Shown here piece after piece: positions 27,473 through 38,701 of a DNA stretch of 64,000 nucleotides. The notes under the pieces were generated by a model. The model was not told the origin of the DNA. It made no database searches and saw only the letters and a program-made list of their open reading frames with translations. This stretch comes from Beijerinckiaceae bacterium (GTDB lineage Bacteria > Pseudomonadota > Alphaproteobacteria > Rhizobiales > Beijerinckiaceae). The first letter of the stretch is position 1, and each line of letters begins with the position of its first letter. The DNA is taken from the NCBI GenBank assembly GCA_051646285.1, contig JBOFCU010000324.1, positions 8,407 through 72,406 on the forward strand. Direction: 5' to 3'. The position numbers and the translations under genes were made by a program.

Positions 27473-27701
27473 TGCCATTCTGGCAGGGCAGGCCAGAGGC
27501 GTTAACCATTTGTTGGCCATGGACACAGGTTGCCGCAGCGTGGCACCCGGGTTCTGCTGGACCGCGCCGCAGATTCGGCGCATTTATGACGGATGTGATC
27601 ACAATTCGTTGACCATAGGGTGATCCGCCTGTGGACAGCGCCGATGTGTGTTCATCGTGCCGGCAGCCAGAATCGCGTGGCCGGCTTTTGGGGATTTGTG
27701 C

Positions 27702-28808
27702 ATGGCTATACGTTCCGAACAGCCCGGTGCGCCGTTGACGGCGATCCGTCTGTGTCTCGTGGCAATGACCGGCCTGGTGGTCGCCAACTGTGCCAATCAG
27801 GGCGGCGGCGCGCGCGGACCGTATTCAGGTCAGGAGAGCCGTGAGTTTGGCGCGTTTTCCCATTCCAAATATGGCCGGGCGAGCGAACGGGTTGTCGCTG
27901 ATGGTCAGGACGTTCCCAAGGGCGGCGGGCGTGATCTCGTTGGCAAGACGTACCGGATCGCCGGCCGCACCTATACGCCCTATGAGAAGAAGCCGGGCCA
28001 CACCGAAGTGGGCCATTCCTCCTGGTATGGCGCTGCCTTCCATGGCCGCAAAACGGCGAATGGCGAAATTTATGACCGCTTTGCCCTGAGTGCGGCCCAT
28101 CGCACCATGCCGTTGCCGAGCTATGCCCGGGTGACCAATCTGGCCAACAGCCGTTCCATCATCGTGCGGGTGAATGATCGCGGGCCTTATCACGGCAACC
28201 GCATTATCGACGTTTCGCAGAAAACGGCTGATGTGCTCGATTTCCGCTCCGCCGGGACTGGCCGGGTCAAGGTTGAATATATCGGGCGGGCTTCCGTTGC
28301 CGGTTCCGATGATCGCAAACTGCTCGCATCTTTGCGCACGGATGGGTCACCGGCACCGACGCCGGATGGCGTCAGCGCGCCGCGCACCGAGGTCATGGTG
28401 GCTTCGGCTCAGCCTGTGCGCCAGTCTCTGCCGGTGCAGGCCGCCAGCTATGCGCCGGCCAGCCAGCCGACAGTGGCGCAGATCGTACCGGCTGCGGCCC
28501 CTGCCACCACCGCGATTGCCATGGCGCAGCCTGCTGCGCGCGAACCCGCGCCGCAACGGTTTGCCAGCGCCGCCTTGCCAGCGGCTGCACCGCTGCCGCC
28601 GGAGCGGCCTTTCGATCTCATGACCATCCCCAATGCAGGCACACCGGTCATGAATGCCGTGCCGGGGTCTGCCAGCGGGCGCGCTGGCACCACCGTGGCA
28701 CAGCTTTTCTATGCAGAGCCTGACCGCGCTGCGGCCCGGTTTGAGAAGTCCGATCCGTGGTCGACCCTGAAGCCGCAGCGCTTCAAGCCCTTGAAGATTG
28801 CTCCGTAA
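27702..28808 (+). CDS. rlpA: Septal ring lytic transglycosylase RlpA-family lipoprotein
   Basis: ORF 27648-28808. The ATG at 27702 gives a lipobox (LVVANC). DPBB domain (SWYGAAFHGRKTANGEIYD...VRVNDRGP). Long Ala/Pro/Gln-rich linker in the C-terminal half. Confidence 0.85.
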   Translation: MAIRSEQPGAPLTAIRLCLVAMTGLVVANCANQGGGARGPYSGQESREFGAFSHSKYGRASERVVADGQDVPKGGGRDLVGKTYRIAGRTYTPYEKKPGHTEVGHSSWYGAAFHGRKTANGEIYDRFALSAAHRTMPLPSYARVTNLANSRSIIVRVNDRGPYHGNRIIDVSQKTADVLDFRSAGTGRVKVEYIGRASVAGSDDRKLLASLRTDGSPAPTPDGVSAPRTEVMVASAQPVRQSLPVQAASYAPASQPTVAQIVPAAAPATTAIAMAQPAAREPAPQRFASAALPAAAPLPPERPFDLMTIPNAGTPVMNAVPGSASGRAGTTVAQLFYAEPDRAAARFEKSDPWSTLKPQRFKPLKIAP

Positions 28809-28829
28809 GCCAGTCTGGCCGGCATTGTG

Positions 28830-28860
28830 GGCGCAATTCTGAATTGCGCCATTGATTTTG
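28830..28860 (+). terminator. First hairpin after rlpA
   Basis: Stem ggcgcaatt (28830-28838), loop ctg, stem aattgcgcc (28842-28850), tail attgatttt. Confidence 0.5.
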
Positions 28861-28864
28861 ACAG

Positions 28865-28900
28865 GCGGCGCGGTCATGGTCGCGCCGCTTTTGCTTGTTT
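28865..28900 (+). terminator. Second, stronger rho-independent terminator after rlpA
   Basis: Stem gcggcgcg (28865-28872), 8-nt loop, stem cgcgccgc (28881-28888), followed by ttttgcttgttt. This supports the downstream start at 28928 rather than 28895. Confidence 0.7.
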
Positions 28901-28927
28901 CCGATCATCCGGATTGATCACTATTTC

Positions 28928-30121
28928 ATGGGCCAGATACTGACACGCCGCTTTTTTCTGTTGTGGGCTGTTGCCAGCCTGTGCAGCGCTGTGCCCGCAG
29001 CCCATGCGCAAAAATTCGAGACCGCTGCGCCCTATGCCATCGTGATGGACAGCGAGAGCGGCGCTGTGCTGTTCGAGAAGGCGGCTGATGATGCGATGGT
29101 GCCCGCCAGCATGGCCAAGCTGATGACAGCGATCGTGCTGTTTGATGAAATGGCCAAGGGCCGCGTGACGCCGGACAGCGAATTTCTTGTGTCGGAAAAT
29201 GCGTGGCGCAAGGGCGGGGCGCCCTCGGGTGGCTCCACCATGTTTGCGGCGCTTAACAGCCGCATCAAAGTCAGCGACTTGATTCCGGGATTGATCGTGC
29301 TGTCGGGAAATGATGCAGCGATTATTATCGCCGAGGGTATCGCGGGCACGGAAGCCAATTTTGCCGGCATGATGACAGCCAAGGCCCGCGAGCTTGGCCT
29401 GACGAAATCCGTGTTTCGCAATGCCACGGGATTTTCCGAACAGGAGCAGGTTTCGACAGCGCGCGAACTGGCCATCATCGCCAATCACATCATCAAAACC
29501 TATCCGGCCCACTATCCGGTTTTCGGTCTGAAGGACTTTACCTGGAACAAGGTCAAGCAATCCAACCGCAATCCCTTGCTGGATATGGGCATTGGTGCCG
29601 ATGGTTTGAAAACCGGCAATGTCGGCGATAGCGGTTTTGGCCTTGTCGGGTCGGCGGTGCAAAACAATCAGCGGCTGATTGTCGTTGTGAACGGTCTGAA
29701 AACCGCACGCGACCGGGCCAATGACTCGCGCAAATTGCTCGACTGGGGTTTTCGTGCCTTTGACAATCGCCGCTTGTTTGCCGATGGCGCTGTGGTTGGT
29801 GAGGCGCTCGTCTATGGCGGCGAGACAACCAGCGTCGACCTTGTCGCCAAAGGGCCAGTGACGATGTTCGTGCCGCGTGGGGCGAGCGAGCGCGTCAATG
29901 CCCGCATTGTTTACAAGGGCCCGCTCATTCCGCCGATTGCGCAGGGTGCAGAAGTGGCGCGGCTGCGCGTGCAGCGCGGTGACACGCAGGCGCTGGATAT
30001 TCCGCTGTATGCGGCCCATGATGTGGCTGTAGGGCCCATTTCACGACGCGCTATGGATGCGGCGAAAGAATATGGGCTTGGCGTCGTGCGCAAGGTCATT
30101 GGGCCGAAGGCTGGCTTATGA
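28928..30121 (+). CDS. D-alanyl-D-alanine carboxypeptidase (S11 low-molecular-weight PBP)
   Basis: ATG at 28928 gives a signal peptide ending AAHA/QK. SxxK (SMAKLM), SxN (SGND) and KTG (LKTGN) motifs are present. Confidence 0.9.
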   Translation: MGQILTRRFFLLWAVASLCSAVPAAHAQKFETAAPYAIVMDSESGAVLFEKAADDAMVPASMAKLMTAIVLFDEMAKGRVTPDSEFLVSENAWRKGGAPSGGSTMFAALNSRIKVSDLIPGLIVLSGNDAAIIIAEGIAGTEANFAGMMTAKARELGLTKSVFRNATGFSEQEQVSTARELAIIANHIIKTYPAHYPVFGLKDFTWNKVKQSNRNPLLDMGIGADGLKTGNVGDSGFGLVGSAVQNNQRLIVVVNGLKTARDRANDSRKLLDWGFRAFDNRRLFADGAVVGEALVYGGETTSVDLVAKGPVTMFVPRGASERVNARIVYKGPLIPPIAQGAEVARLRVQRGDTQALDIPLYAAHDVAVGPISRRAMDAAKEYGLGVVRKVIGPKAGL

Positions 30122-30786
30122 GGGCGCAGACTGCACCGCCGCGCGGACGTTTCATTACTTTTGAAGGCGGCGAGGGCAGCGGCAAATCCACCCAGATCAT
30201 GACGCTGGCCAAACAGCTTGCGGCGCAGGATATTTCCGCCATCACGACGCGCGAGCCTGGCGGTTCGCCTGACGCAGAAAACATCCGCGCTTTCATTCTG
30301 GGTGGCGGCGCCAAGCCATTGGGTGCGCTGGCCGAGACATTTCTTTTTTCTGCTGCGCGGCTCGATCACGTGCGCACGCGCATTGCACCGGCGCTGCGCG
30401 CGGGCCAATGGGTCTTGTGTGATCGCTTTGCGGATTCGACGCGGGCGTATCAGGGGGCGGCGGGCCGCGTGGACATGACAACCGTGCGCGCCATTGAGCA
30501 TGTTGCGGTCGATGGCTGCGTGCCCGATCTCACGGTTATTCTGGATGTGCCGGTCGAGATTGGCTTGCAGCGCGCGGCAGGACGCCGCGCCATCGGCGCG
30601 GCTGCCGATCGCTTCGAGGGGGAGGCGCTGGATTTCCATGCGCGCATCCGGCAAGCCTTTATTGATCTGGCGCGTGACGAACCGCAGCGCTGTATTTTGA
30701 TTGATGGTCATCGGGACGCTTCTTTTATTGCCGCTGATGTGTGGCGCGCGGTGGAATTGCGGCTGCTGCAAGGTGCAGGCGCATGA
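30118..30786 (+). CDS. tmk: Thymidylate kinase
   Basis: P-loop FITFEGGEGSGKSTQ. The start overlaps the upstream stop (ATGA). Confidence 0.93.
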   Translation: MRAQTAPPRGRFITFEGGEGSGKSTQIMTLAKQLAAQDISAITTREPGGSPDAENIRAFILGGGAKPLGALAETFLFSAARLDHVRTRIAPALRAGQWVLCDRFADSTRAYQGAAGRVDMTTVRAIEHVAVDGCVPDLTVILDVPVEIGLQRAAGRRAIGAAADRFEGEALDFHARIRQAFIDLARDEPQRCILIDGHRDASFIAADVWRAVELRLLQGAGA

Positions 30787-31835
30787 GCGACGATGTTCTG
30801 GCGGATCAGCTCGAAGATTATCCTCATCCGCGCGAGGCGGCCGCCCTGTTTGGCCATGCGCAGGCCGAGCAGCAGTTTCTCGATGCCTACCGCTCTGGCC
30901 GGCTGCACCATGCGTGGATTATTGCCGGCCCGGAAGGGATCGGCAAAGCCACACTGGCTTACCGCATCGCGAAGTTTCTGTTTGCTTATCCGCGTCCTGA
31001 ACTGGCGGCCGGCGCCACGGATTTATCGGTGCCGGAAAACCATCCGGCCTTTACCCGCGTGGCTGCCCAGGGGCATGCTGACCTGTTTGTCCTGCGCCGC
31101 ACCTATGGCAAGGATGGCAAGAAAGTCCGCACCGAAATTGCTGTTGATGATGCCCGCGGCATCATCGACCGGTTCTGGCAGACGTCCGGTGAAGGTGGCT
31201 GGCGCGTGTGCATTGTTGATGCGGCGGATGAGTGGAACCGCAATGTTGCCAATGCGCTTCTGAAAACGCTGGAAGAACCGCCAAAGCGCACAATTTTTCT
31301 GGTCGTTGCCCATCATGCCGGTCGCCTGTTGCCGACGATTCGCTCACGAAGCCGGCTGTTGCCTTTGCAAGCTCTGGGTGATGCCGCAATGCGTCAGGCC
31401 ATCAACAGCGTCGCGTCCGGTGCGCAGGCTGATGCGGTGGATGAGGCCATTGCGGGTGCCAATGGCTCCGTGCGCCGGGCCCTGATGCTGCTGGACCGCG
31501 ACATTGCCGCGATCGGGACGATGACGCGGGCTTTGCTCGACAAACTGCCACAGCTGGATACGCCCGGCATCATGTCGCTGGCAGAAGCCGTGGCGGGCCG
31601 GGCCAAAGATGACGCTTTTGCCGAGTTTGAGCATGTGCTGCGCGCGTGGATGAGCCAGGCCGTGGAAGCGCGGGCCGGCCAAGGTGCCGGGGCGGTCACA
31701 CCGCTGGCTGAGCTGTGGGACATGCTGGGGCGCGGGCTTGCGACAACGGATGCCTATAATCTTGACCGGAAACCTTTTATTCTCGCGCTCTTTTCCGATA
31801 TGGCAGAAGCCATGAAGCGGCTGCGCGCCGCGTGA
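30783..31835 (+). CDS. holB: DNA polymerase III subunit delta'
   Basis: ORF 30741-31835. The ATG at 30783 overlaps the tmk stop (ATGA). [24 protein letters not shown]-like motif. Conserved tmk-holB-metG order. Confidence 0.88.
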   Translation: MSDDVLADQLEDYPHPREAAALFGHAQAEQQFLDAYRSGRLHHAWIIAGPEGIGKATLAYRIAKFLFAYPRPELAAGATDLSVPENHPAFTRVAAQGHADLFVLRRTYGKDGKKVRTEIAVDDARGIIDRFWQTSGEGGWRVCIVDAADEWNRNVANALLKTLEEPPKRTIFLVVAHHAGRLLPTIRSRSRLLPLQALGDAAMRQAINSVASGAQADAVDEAIAGANGSVRRALMLLDRDIAAIGTMTRALLDKLPQLDTPGIMSLAEAVAGRAKDDAFAEFEHVLRAWMSQAVEARAGQGAGAVTPLAELWDMLGRGLATTDAYNLDRKPFILALFSDMAEAMKRLRAA

Positions 31836-31858
31836 CTCGCACGAAGATTGGCCCCGGC

Positions 31859-33418
31859 ATGAGCGGCAAAGAAAAATTCTACATCACCACGGCCATTTCC
31901 TACCCGAATGGCCCGCCCCATATCGGCCACGCCTATGAAGTGATGGCGACAGACGCCATTGCCCGCTTTAAGCGGCTCGATGGCTATGACGTGTATTTTC
32001 AGACCGGCACGGATGAGCATGGTCAGAAGGTGCAGCGTGCGGCGGAAGCCAAGGGTGTCAGCCCCAAAGATTATGTGGATGGACTGGCGGCGCTGTTCCA
32101 CCAGATGGCCGACGCGCTGAATATTTCCTACGACCGCTTTATTCGCACGACCGAAGCTGACCATGTCGTTTCAACACAGGAACTGTGGCGGCGCATGGAG
32201 GCCAATGGCGATATTTATCTCAATAAATATGCCGGCTGGTATTCGGTGCGTGATGAAGCATTTTACGCCGAGAGCGAAACAACCGTGCAGCCGGACGGCG
32301 TGCGGCTGGGCGGGCAGGGCACGCCGGTGGAGTGGGTGGAGGAAGAGAGCTATTTCTTCCGCCTCTCCAAATATCAGGATATTCTGCTGAAGCATTATGC
32401 CGATAATCCTGACTTCATCGCGCCGCGCGAACGGCTCAATGAAATCACCAGCTTTGTGAAGGGCGGCTTGCAGGATCTGTCGATCAGCCGCACAACATTT
32501 ACATGGGGCATTCCTGTTCCCGGCAATGACAAGCACATCATGTATGTGTGGGTTGATGCGCTGAACAATTATGTAACCGGCTGCGGGTTCCCCAACGAGA
32601 ATGATCCGCGCTGGAAATATTGGCCGGCGGATGTGCATATCATCGGGAAGGATATTACCCGCTTTCACAGCGTCTACTGGCCGGCATTTCTGATGTCAGC
32701 CGGCTTGCCCGTGCCAGAGCGCGTGTTCGGCCACGGCTTCGTGCTGAATCGCGGTGAGAAAATGTCCAAGTCGGTCGGTAACGTGATCGATCCGATCGCG
32801 CTCGCCTCGCATTTCGGCGTCGATCAGATGCGCTATTTTTTCATGCGCGAGGTGCCGTTCGGCCAGGATGGTTCCTACAGCCCCGAAGCGATTATCGCGC
32901 GCACCAATGCGGATTTGGCCAATGATCTCGGCAATCTGGCGCAACGCTCGCTCAGCATGATCAACAAGAATTGTGATGGGACATTGCCGGCGCTGGTCAA
33001 CCTGACGGATGCAGATCAGGCCATGCTTGCGATGGCCGACGCACTGCCGGAAAAAGGCCGCGCTGCGATGCAGGACTTTGCCATTCACACCCTTCTTGCC
33101 GAAGTATGGGCTGTGGTGTCGGAAGCAAACCGCTATTTTGCGTCACAGGAGCCGTGGGCGCTGAAGAAAACCAATCCGGAACGGATGCATACGGTGCTTG
33201 GTGTGACGGCGGAAATTATCCGCGCTGTCGCCATCATGGCGCAGCCGGCCATTCCCGTTGCGGCGGCGAAGTTTCTTGATCTCGTGGCAATACCGGAAAG
33301 CAAGCGTATGATTGCCGATGTGGGGCCGCATGGCCGCATGGCGGCTGGCACTGTCTTGCCTGCGCCAACGCCAGTTTTCCCGCGCTATGTCGATCCTGCG
33401 GCAGAAGCGAAATCCTGA
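31859..33418 (+). CDS. metG: Methionine--tRNA ligase
   Basis: HIGH motif (PHIGHAYE) and KMSKS motif ([10 protein letters not shown]). The ATG at 31859 is preferred over the GTG at 31832. Confidence 0.95.
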   Translation: MSGKEKFYITTAISYPNGPPHIGHAYEVMATDAIARFKRLDGYDVYFQTGTDEHGQKVQRAAEAKGVSPKDYVDGLAALFHQMADALNISYDRFIRTTEADHVVSTQELWRRMEANGDIYLNKYAGWYSVRDEAFYAESETTVQPDGVRLGGQGTPVEWVEEESYFFRLSKYQDILLKHYADNPDFIAPRERLNEITSFVKGGLQDLSISRTTFTWGIPVPGNDKHIMYVWVDALNNYVTGCGFPNENDPRWKYWPADVHIIGKDITRFHSVYWPAFLMSAGLPVPERVFGHGFVLNRGEKMSKSVGNVIDPIALASHFGVDQMRYFFMREVPFGQDGSYSPEAIIARTNADLANDLGNLAQRSLSMINKNCDGTLPALVNLTDADQAMLAMADALPEKGRAAMQDFAIHTLLAEVWAVVSEANRYFASQEPWALKKTNPERMHTVLGVTAEIIRAVAIMAQPAIPVAAAKFLDLVAIPESKRMIADVGPHGRMAAGTVLPAPTPVFPRYVDPAAEAKS

Positions 33419-34227
33419 TGCTGATCGACAGCCATTGCCATCTGGATTTTCCAGACCTTGCGCAGGACCGCGATGCGGTTCTGATGCGGGCGCGTGCCGC
33501 CGGGATCGGGATCATGCTGACGATTTCGACGCATGTGGCGCGCTTTGGTCATTATGCGGCGATTGCCGAAGAGCATGCTGATGTTTTCTGCACCGTCGGC
33601 ACCCATCCGCACAATGCCGGCGAGGAGCCGGATATTGCAGTGGGCACGCTTGTTGAATTGTCCCGCCATCCACGCTGTGTCGCAATTGGTGAGGCGGGGC
33701 TGGATTTTTTCTATGACAAAGCGCCACGGGATATTCAGGAAAAGGTGTTCCGCACGCACATTGCGGCGGCCCGCGACACCCAGTTGCCGCTGATTATTCA
33801 TGCCCGTGACGCTGATGATGTGATGATCGCCATTTTGCGCGAGGAGCATGGGCGTGGCGCTTTTCCGGCGGTGCTGCACTGCTTCTCATCGGGCGAAGCT
33901 GTGGCACGTTGCGGTGTTGAACTGGGATTCCTCGTTTCATTTTCCGGTATCCTGACATTCAAGAATTCGGACGAGATCCGGCGCATTGCGGCTCAAGTGC
34001 CACGTGATCAATTGCTGGTGGAAACTGATGCACCCTATCTTGCGCCGGTGCCGTTTCGCGGCAAGCGCAACGAACCGGCTTTTGTGGCGCACACAGCCAA
34101 GGCTCTGGCCGATGTGCATGGTGTCAGCGCCGCCGATATGTCTGACATCACAACAGCGAATTTTTTGCGGTATTTTCCAAAGGCTGCGGCACAGATTCAG
34201 CAACGCATACCATCGAGCGCGGCGTGA
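33418..34227 (+). CDS. tatD: TatD-family metal-dependent hydrolase (DNase)
   Basis: [11 protein letters not shown] start, 269 aa. Its ATG (33418-33420) shares 1 nt with the metG stop (TGATG). Confidence 0.9.
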   Translation: MLIDSHCHLDFPDLAQDRDAVLMRARAAGIGIMLTISTHVARFGHYAAIAEEHADVFCTVGTHPHNAGEEPDIAVGTLVELSRHPRCVAIGEAGLDFFYDKAPRDIQEKVFRTHIAAARDTQLPLIIHARDADDVMIAILREEHGRGAFPAVLHCFSSGEAVARCGVELGFLVSFSGILTFKNSDEIRRIAAQVPRDQLLVETDAPYLAPVPFRGKRNEPAFVAHTAKALADVHGVSAADMSDITTANFLRYFPKAAAQIQQRIPSSAA

Positions 34228-35018
34228 GTACGACACTGACCATTCTGGGTTGCGGATCGTCCGGCGGCGTGCCGCGGGTCGGGCAGGGCTGGGGCGCGTG
34301 CGATCCGGCCGAGCCAAAGAACCGCCGCCGCCGCTGTTCGGTGCTGGTGGAACGTGTGGGCGAGGGCGGCACAACCACCCTGCTCGTCGATACCTCTCCT
34401 GACCTGCGCGAGCAGCTCATTGGTGCCAATGTCACGCGCCTTGATGGCGTGCTGATGACTCATGATCATGCCGACCACACCCACGGCATTGATGATCTGC
34501 GCCCGCTGGTGATCATGCAGCGCAAGCGCATTACCATTCATGCAGATAGCGTGACGACCGAAACGATGATCAGCCGTTTCGGATATTGCTTTGCCGCGCC
34601 TGCTGGCAGTGACTATCCGCCGATCCTTGATTTATCGCTGCTGGAACCGCTTGTGCCGATGTCGGTTGACGGCCCTGGCGGGGCCATTGCCGTGCTGCCC
34701 ATCCGGCTGCGGCATGGCAAGACAGATGCGCTCGGCCTGCGCATTGGCAACACCGCGTATACGCCCGACCTCAACGATATCTATCCAGAATCGATTGCAG
34801 CGCTGTCTGACCTTGATCTGTGGATTGTCGATGCGCTGCGGCCGACGCCGCATCCGACACATTTTTCCTTGCAGGAAGCCTTGCAGTGGATTGACCGGCT
34901 CAAACCCAAACGGGCCATTCTGACCAATCTGCACACCGATCTGGATTACGGCTTACTGGTGCGGAGTCTGCCACCCCATATCGTGCCGGCTTTTGACGGC
35001 ATGACAGTCGCGCTATGA
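34224..35018 (+). CDS. MBL-fold metallo-hydrolase (PhnP-like)
   Basis: GTG at 34224 overlaps the tatD stop. TILGCGSSGGVPR start and the HDHADHTHG metal motif. Confidence 0.85.
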   Translation: MSTTLTILGCGSSGGVPRVGQGWGACDPAEPKNRRRRCSVLVERVGEGGTTTLLVDTSPDLREQLIGANVTRLDGVLMTHDHADHTHGIDDLRPLVIMQRKRITIHADSVTTETMISRFGYCFAAPAGSDYPPILDLSLLEPLVPMSVDGPGGAIAVLPIRLRHGKTDALGLRIGNTAYTPDLNDIYPESIAALSDLDLWIVDALRPTPHPTHFSLQEALQWIDRLKPKRAILTNLHTDLDYGLLVRSLPPHIVPAFDGMTVAL

Positions 35019-35161
35019 GCAACAATCTCATCGCCGCGCTGTTTTTGCTGGCGCTGATTGCCGGTGGCGTTTGGCTCGCCAACAGCATTGCGGATGCCAA
35101 ACGGGCACAGGAATGTATCGAGTCCGGGCGGCGCAATTGCCGGCTCATTGAAGCGAAGTGA
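35015..35161 (+). CDS. Candidate 48-aa single-helix membrane peptide, translationally coupled to the MBL hydrolase gene
   Basis: Below the ORF-track size cutoff. ATG at 35015 overlaps the upstream TGA (ATGA). Sequence MSNNLIAALFLLALIAGGVWLANSIADAKRAQECIESGRRNCRLIEAK: one hydrophobic helix followed by a CX7C tail. Confidence 0.4.
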   Translation: MSNNLIAALFLLALIAGGVWLANSIADAKRAQECIESGRRNCRLIEAK

Positions 35162-35355
35162 CACTGGTTTAGGACAATCCAGTAATTGTCTGATTTGTTT
35201 GTCTAAAATCGGTGATGTGAGTTTGACTGCCTGACATAGGCAGCGCCTTTGTCCTTGATGTTGTGGTTCCATAATATGTCTTATGCGACTCGCGGCAAGC
35301 TGTGTTTCTCCATGGTCGGTAACTTGGTAATATAACGGCAGAGAGGTAAAATCAG

Positions 35356-36069
35356 ATGGACATATCGGTCTGTGTGCTGAAGCCGTTCGGAGATGGCATC
35401 TGGGTTGCTGACGGGCCTGTTCTCGTGGCGGCCTTGGGGTTTGCCTATCCGACGCGCATGGCGGCGATCAGGCTGGCAAACGGCGATGTGTTTGTGTGGT
35501 CGCCTGTAAAGCTGACCAGCGAACTTGTTGACGCGATCAAGGCGCTTGGGCCTGTCGCCCATGTGGTTGCACCCAATGCGCTGCACCATGTTTTTCTGAC
35601 GGAATGGCAAGCCGCCTACCCGGCCGCGCGGTTTTATGCCGCGCCGGGGCTACGGCAGAAGCGCCGGGATGTCGCCTTTCATGGCGATCTGACAGGCGCG
35701 CCGGAAACAGCATGGGCGGGGCAGATTGATCAGGTGCTCGTGGCTGGCAACATCATCACAAATGAAGTGGTTTTCTTCCATCACCAAAGCCAAACGGCCA
35801 TTTTCACTGATCTCTTGCAGCAGTTTCCGGCGCGGTGGTTTTCAGGCTGGCGCAGTGTTGTCGCGAAGCTCGATTTGATGACCGGTGCCGTGCCCGCCGT
35901 GCCGCGCAAATTCCGCGTTGCCTTCACAGACCGTGCCCTTGCGCGGGCGGCTTGCCAGACAATTCTGTCGTGGCCCTCACAGCATGTTCTGATGGCCCAT
36001 GGCACGCCGGTCGTTCAGGGCGGGCAAGAGGCCTTGCGCAAGGCATTCGCATGGCTTGTGCCGGGTTGA
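35356..36069 (+). CDS. DUF4336-like (MBL-related fold) protein of unknown function
   Basis: 237 aa. GDGIWVADGP...IRLANGDVFVWSP...VAPNALHH pattern as I remember for DUF4336. Preceded by an AT-rich promoter region of about 190 nt with GAGAGG upstream of the ATG. Confidence 0.7.
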   Translation: MDISVCVLKPFGDGIWVADGPVLVAALGFAYPTRMAAIRLANGDVFVWSPVKLTSELVDAIKALGPVAHVVAPNALHHVFLTEWQAAYPAARFYAAPGLRQKRRDVAFHGDLTGAPETAWAGQIDQVLVAGNIITNEVVFFHHQSQTAIFTDLLQQFPARWFSGWRSVVAKLDLMTGAVPAVPRKFRVAFTDRALARAACQTILSWPSQHVLMAHGTPVVQGGQEALRKAFAWLVPG

Positions 36070-36202
36070 TTTTCTACAATGCGTAACGGCTGCACCTTGA
36101 CCGGCCGGCCAAGTTCAAAATGCTGTGCATGACCTCTACCAAATGCCCGCGTGGAGTGCCTGCACCACAGTCAGCGCATCTTGCGTTCGCTACTATGCAA
36201 CC

Positions 36203-37033
<831 letters not shown>

Positions 37034-37058
37034 CAGCTGCGCGAGAACGCGGTGCCTC

Positions 37059-37295
37059 TCACAAACCCAGTTTGGCGAGTTGCGCTGCGAGCCAGAAATC
37101 AACCTGATTGAATGGCAGAATATATCTGGCAAATCCGACGGCAGCATTCAGCACAACGGTCGTGATTGTGCCTGCCGCAACGCCAGCCAGCAAACCAAGG
37201 CTTTTCCGGGCAGGCAAGCGGGCACACCAGGCGGTAACGAGCAACGCCAGACACGTGGCCATGCCCAAAAGAATGACCTCAGTGATCGTCTGCAT
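37059..37295 (-). CDS. Hypothetical 78-aa two-helix membrane protein, start overlapping the hflX stop
   Basis: Its ATG shares one nucleotide with the hflX TGA (TGATG). Sequence MQTITEVILLGMATCLALLVTAW...TTVVLNAAVGF has two hydrophobic helices. No family recognised. Confidence 0.45.
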   Translation of the reverse strand: MQTITEVILLGMATCLALLVTAWCARLPARKSLGLLAGVAAGTITTVVLNAAVGFARYILPFNQVDFWLAAQLAKLGL

Positions 37296-38701
37296 CAGTG
37301 ATCCTCTACCGGGCCGCCACTGCGCAGTTTGGCTCGTGGAAAGCGCTGTTCGAGCGTGCTGCGCCGTTCCGGCATGACACGGACAACGAGATGCTGATTG
37401 CCGTCAGCATCCGTGCGGCGGTCGATGACGTCAGCCCGCTCGTAGAGCCAGTTTAAGCCTGCGCCATCATCAGACGGGACAATCACAGCATAGGTTGACT
37501 GCCGGCGGCTGAGGATATTTTCAAGCCTGCCGAGCAGGTGCGGAACGCCCTCACCTGTCAGAGCCGAAATGGCAACCGGCGCTTCGCTCTCTGCCGCCAA
37601 AGCCGCACGCTGCATCAACGCTTCGCGGTGCTCGACATCCAGCACGTCGATCTTGTTCCAGACTTCAATGATCGGTGCATGGCCGGTACCGGCTTCCCCG
37701 TCGATGCCCAGATCCTTCAAGATTGCGGTGACATCTTCGGATTGCGCCTGCGTATCCTCATGGGCGACGTCGCGCACGTGCAGGATGATGTCGGCCTCCA
37801 GCACATCTTCCAGCGTGGCGCGGAATGCTGCGACCAGCATGGTCGGCAAATCCGAGATAAAGCCGACCGTATCGGACAGGATTGCGCGGGTGCCGTGCGG
37901 CAGCCTCAGGGCCCGCGCCGTGGGGTCGAGGGTGGCAAAAAGCATGTCCTGCGCCAGCACCTCAGCCTGCGTCAGCCGGTTAAAGAGGGTCGATTTCCCG
38001 GCGTTGGTGTATCCGACCAGAGCAATCACCGGATAAGGCACGCGCTGGCGGTTGGCCCGGTGCAAACCACGGGTGCGCACCACTGTTTCAAGTTCGGTTT
38101 CGATCTTGTTGATACGCTCCTGAATGAGCCGCCGGTCCGTCTCGATCTGCGTTTCGCCGGGGCCGCCGAGGAAGCCGAACCCGCCGCGCTGGCGCTCCAG
38201 ATGGGTCCATGACCGGACCAGCCGCCCTTTCTGGTAGTTCAGATGGGCCAGTTCAACCTGCAATGTGCCCTCGCGCGTCCTGGCGCGCCGGCCGAAAATC
38301 TCCAGAATCAGGCCTGTCCGGTCGATGACCTTGCAGCTCCAGGCCTTTTCCAGATTGCGCTGCTGGACGGGCGACAAGGCGCAATCCATCGTCACCAGCT
38401 CGATGTCATGCTCCTTGATGAACGCAGCGATTTCCTCGACCTTGCCGGTGCCAAGATAGGCCGATGGCTTGATTTCCTTCAGTACGGCGATCTGGCTTGC
38501 AATGACATTCAGATCAATCGCCAGCGCCAGCCCTACAGCCTCTTCGATCCGGGCCTGCGCGGCGCGCGGATTAACGTCAGGCGCACGGCGATCTTGTGCC
38601 GCAAATCGCGCCTGCGCTGTCTGGGTCAAATATGGGCCGACAACCAGCGCCCGCGTTGCCTTGGCGATCGAACGGTCGAAATCGACGCCCTCGCCGCTCA
38701 T
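37295..38701 (-). CDS. hflX: GTPase HflX
   Basis: G1 motif GYTNAGKSTLFN and an HflX N-terminal domain. The ATG at 38701 overlaps the hfq stop (TGATG). Conserved hfq-hflX pair. Confidence 0.93.
   Translation of the reverse strand: MSGEGVDFDRSIAKATRALVVGPYLTQTAQARFAAQDRRAPDVNPRAAQARIEEAVGLALAIDLNVIASQIAVLKEIKPSAYLGTGKVEEIAAFIKEHDIELVTMDCALSPVQQRNLEKAWSCKVIDRTGLILEIFGRRARTREGTLQVELAHLNYQKGRLVRSWTHLERQRGGFGFLGGPGETQIETDRRLIQERINKIETELETVVRTRGLHRANRQRVPYPVIALVGYTNAGKSTLFNRLTQAEVLAQDMLFATLDPTARALRLPHGTRAILSDTVGFISDLPTMLVAAFRATLEDVLEADIILHVRDVAHEDTQAQSEDVTAILKDLGIDGEAGTGHAPIIEVWNKIDVLDVEHREALMQRAALAAESEAPVAISALTGEGVPHLLGRLENILSRRQSTYAVIVPSDDGAGLNWLYERADVIDRRTDADGNQHLVVRVMPERRSTLEQRFPRAKLRSGGPVEDH

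Noticed and set aside
27541-27557. Sigma-54-like promoter TGGCAC-ccggg-TTCTGC about 145 nt upstream of rlpA.
   Set aside because: The -24 element is perfect, but the -12 element reads TTCT with the GC shifted by two positions, which breaks the strict GG-N10-GC spacing. No enhancer-like dyads lie nearby and an rlpA sigma-54 dependence has no precedent I know of.
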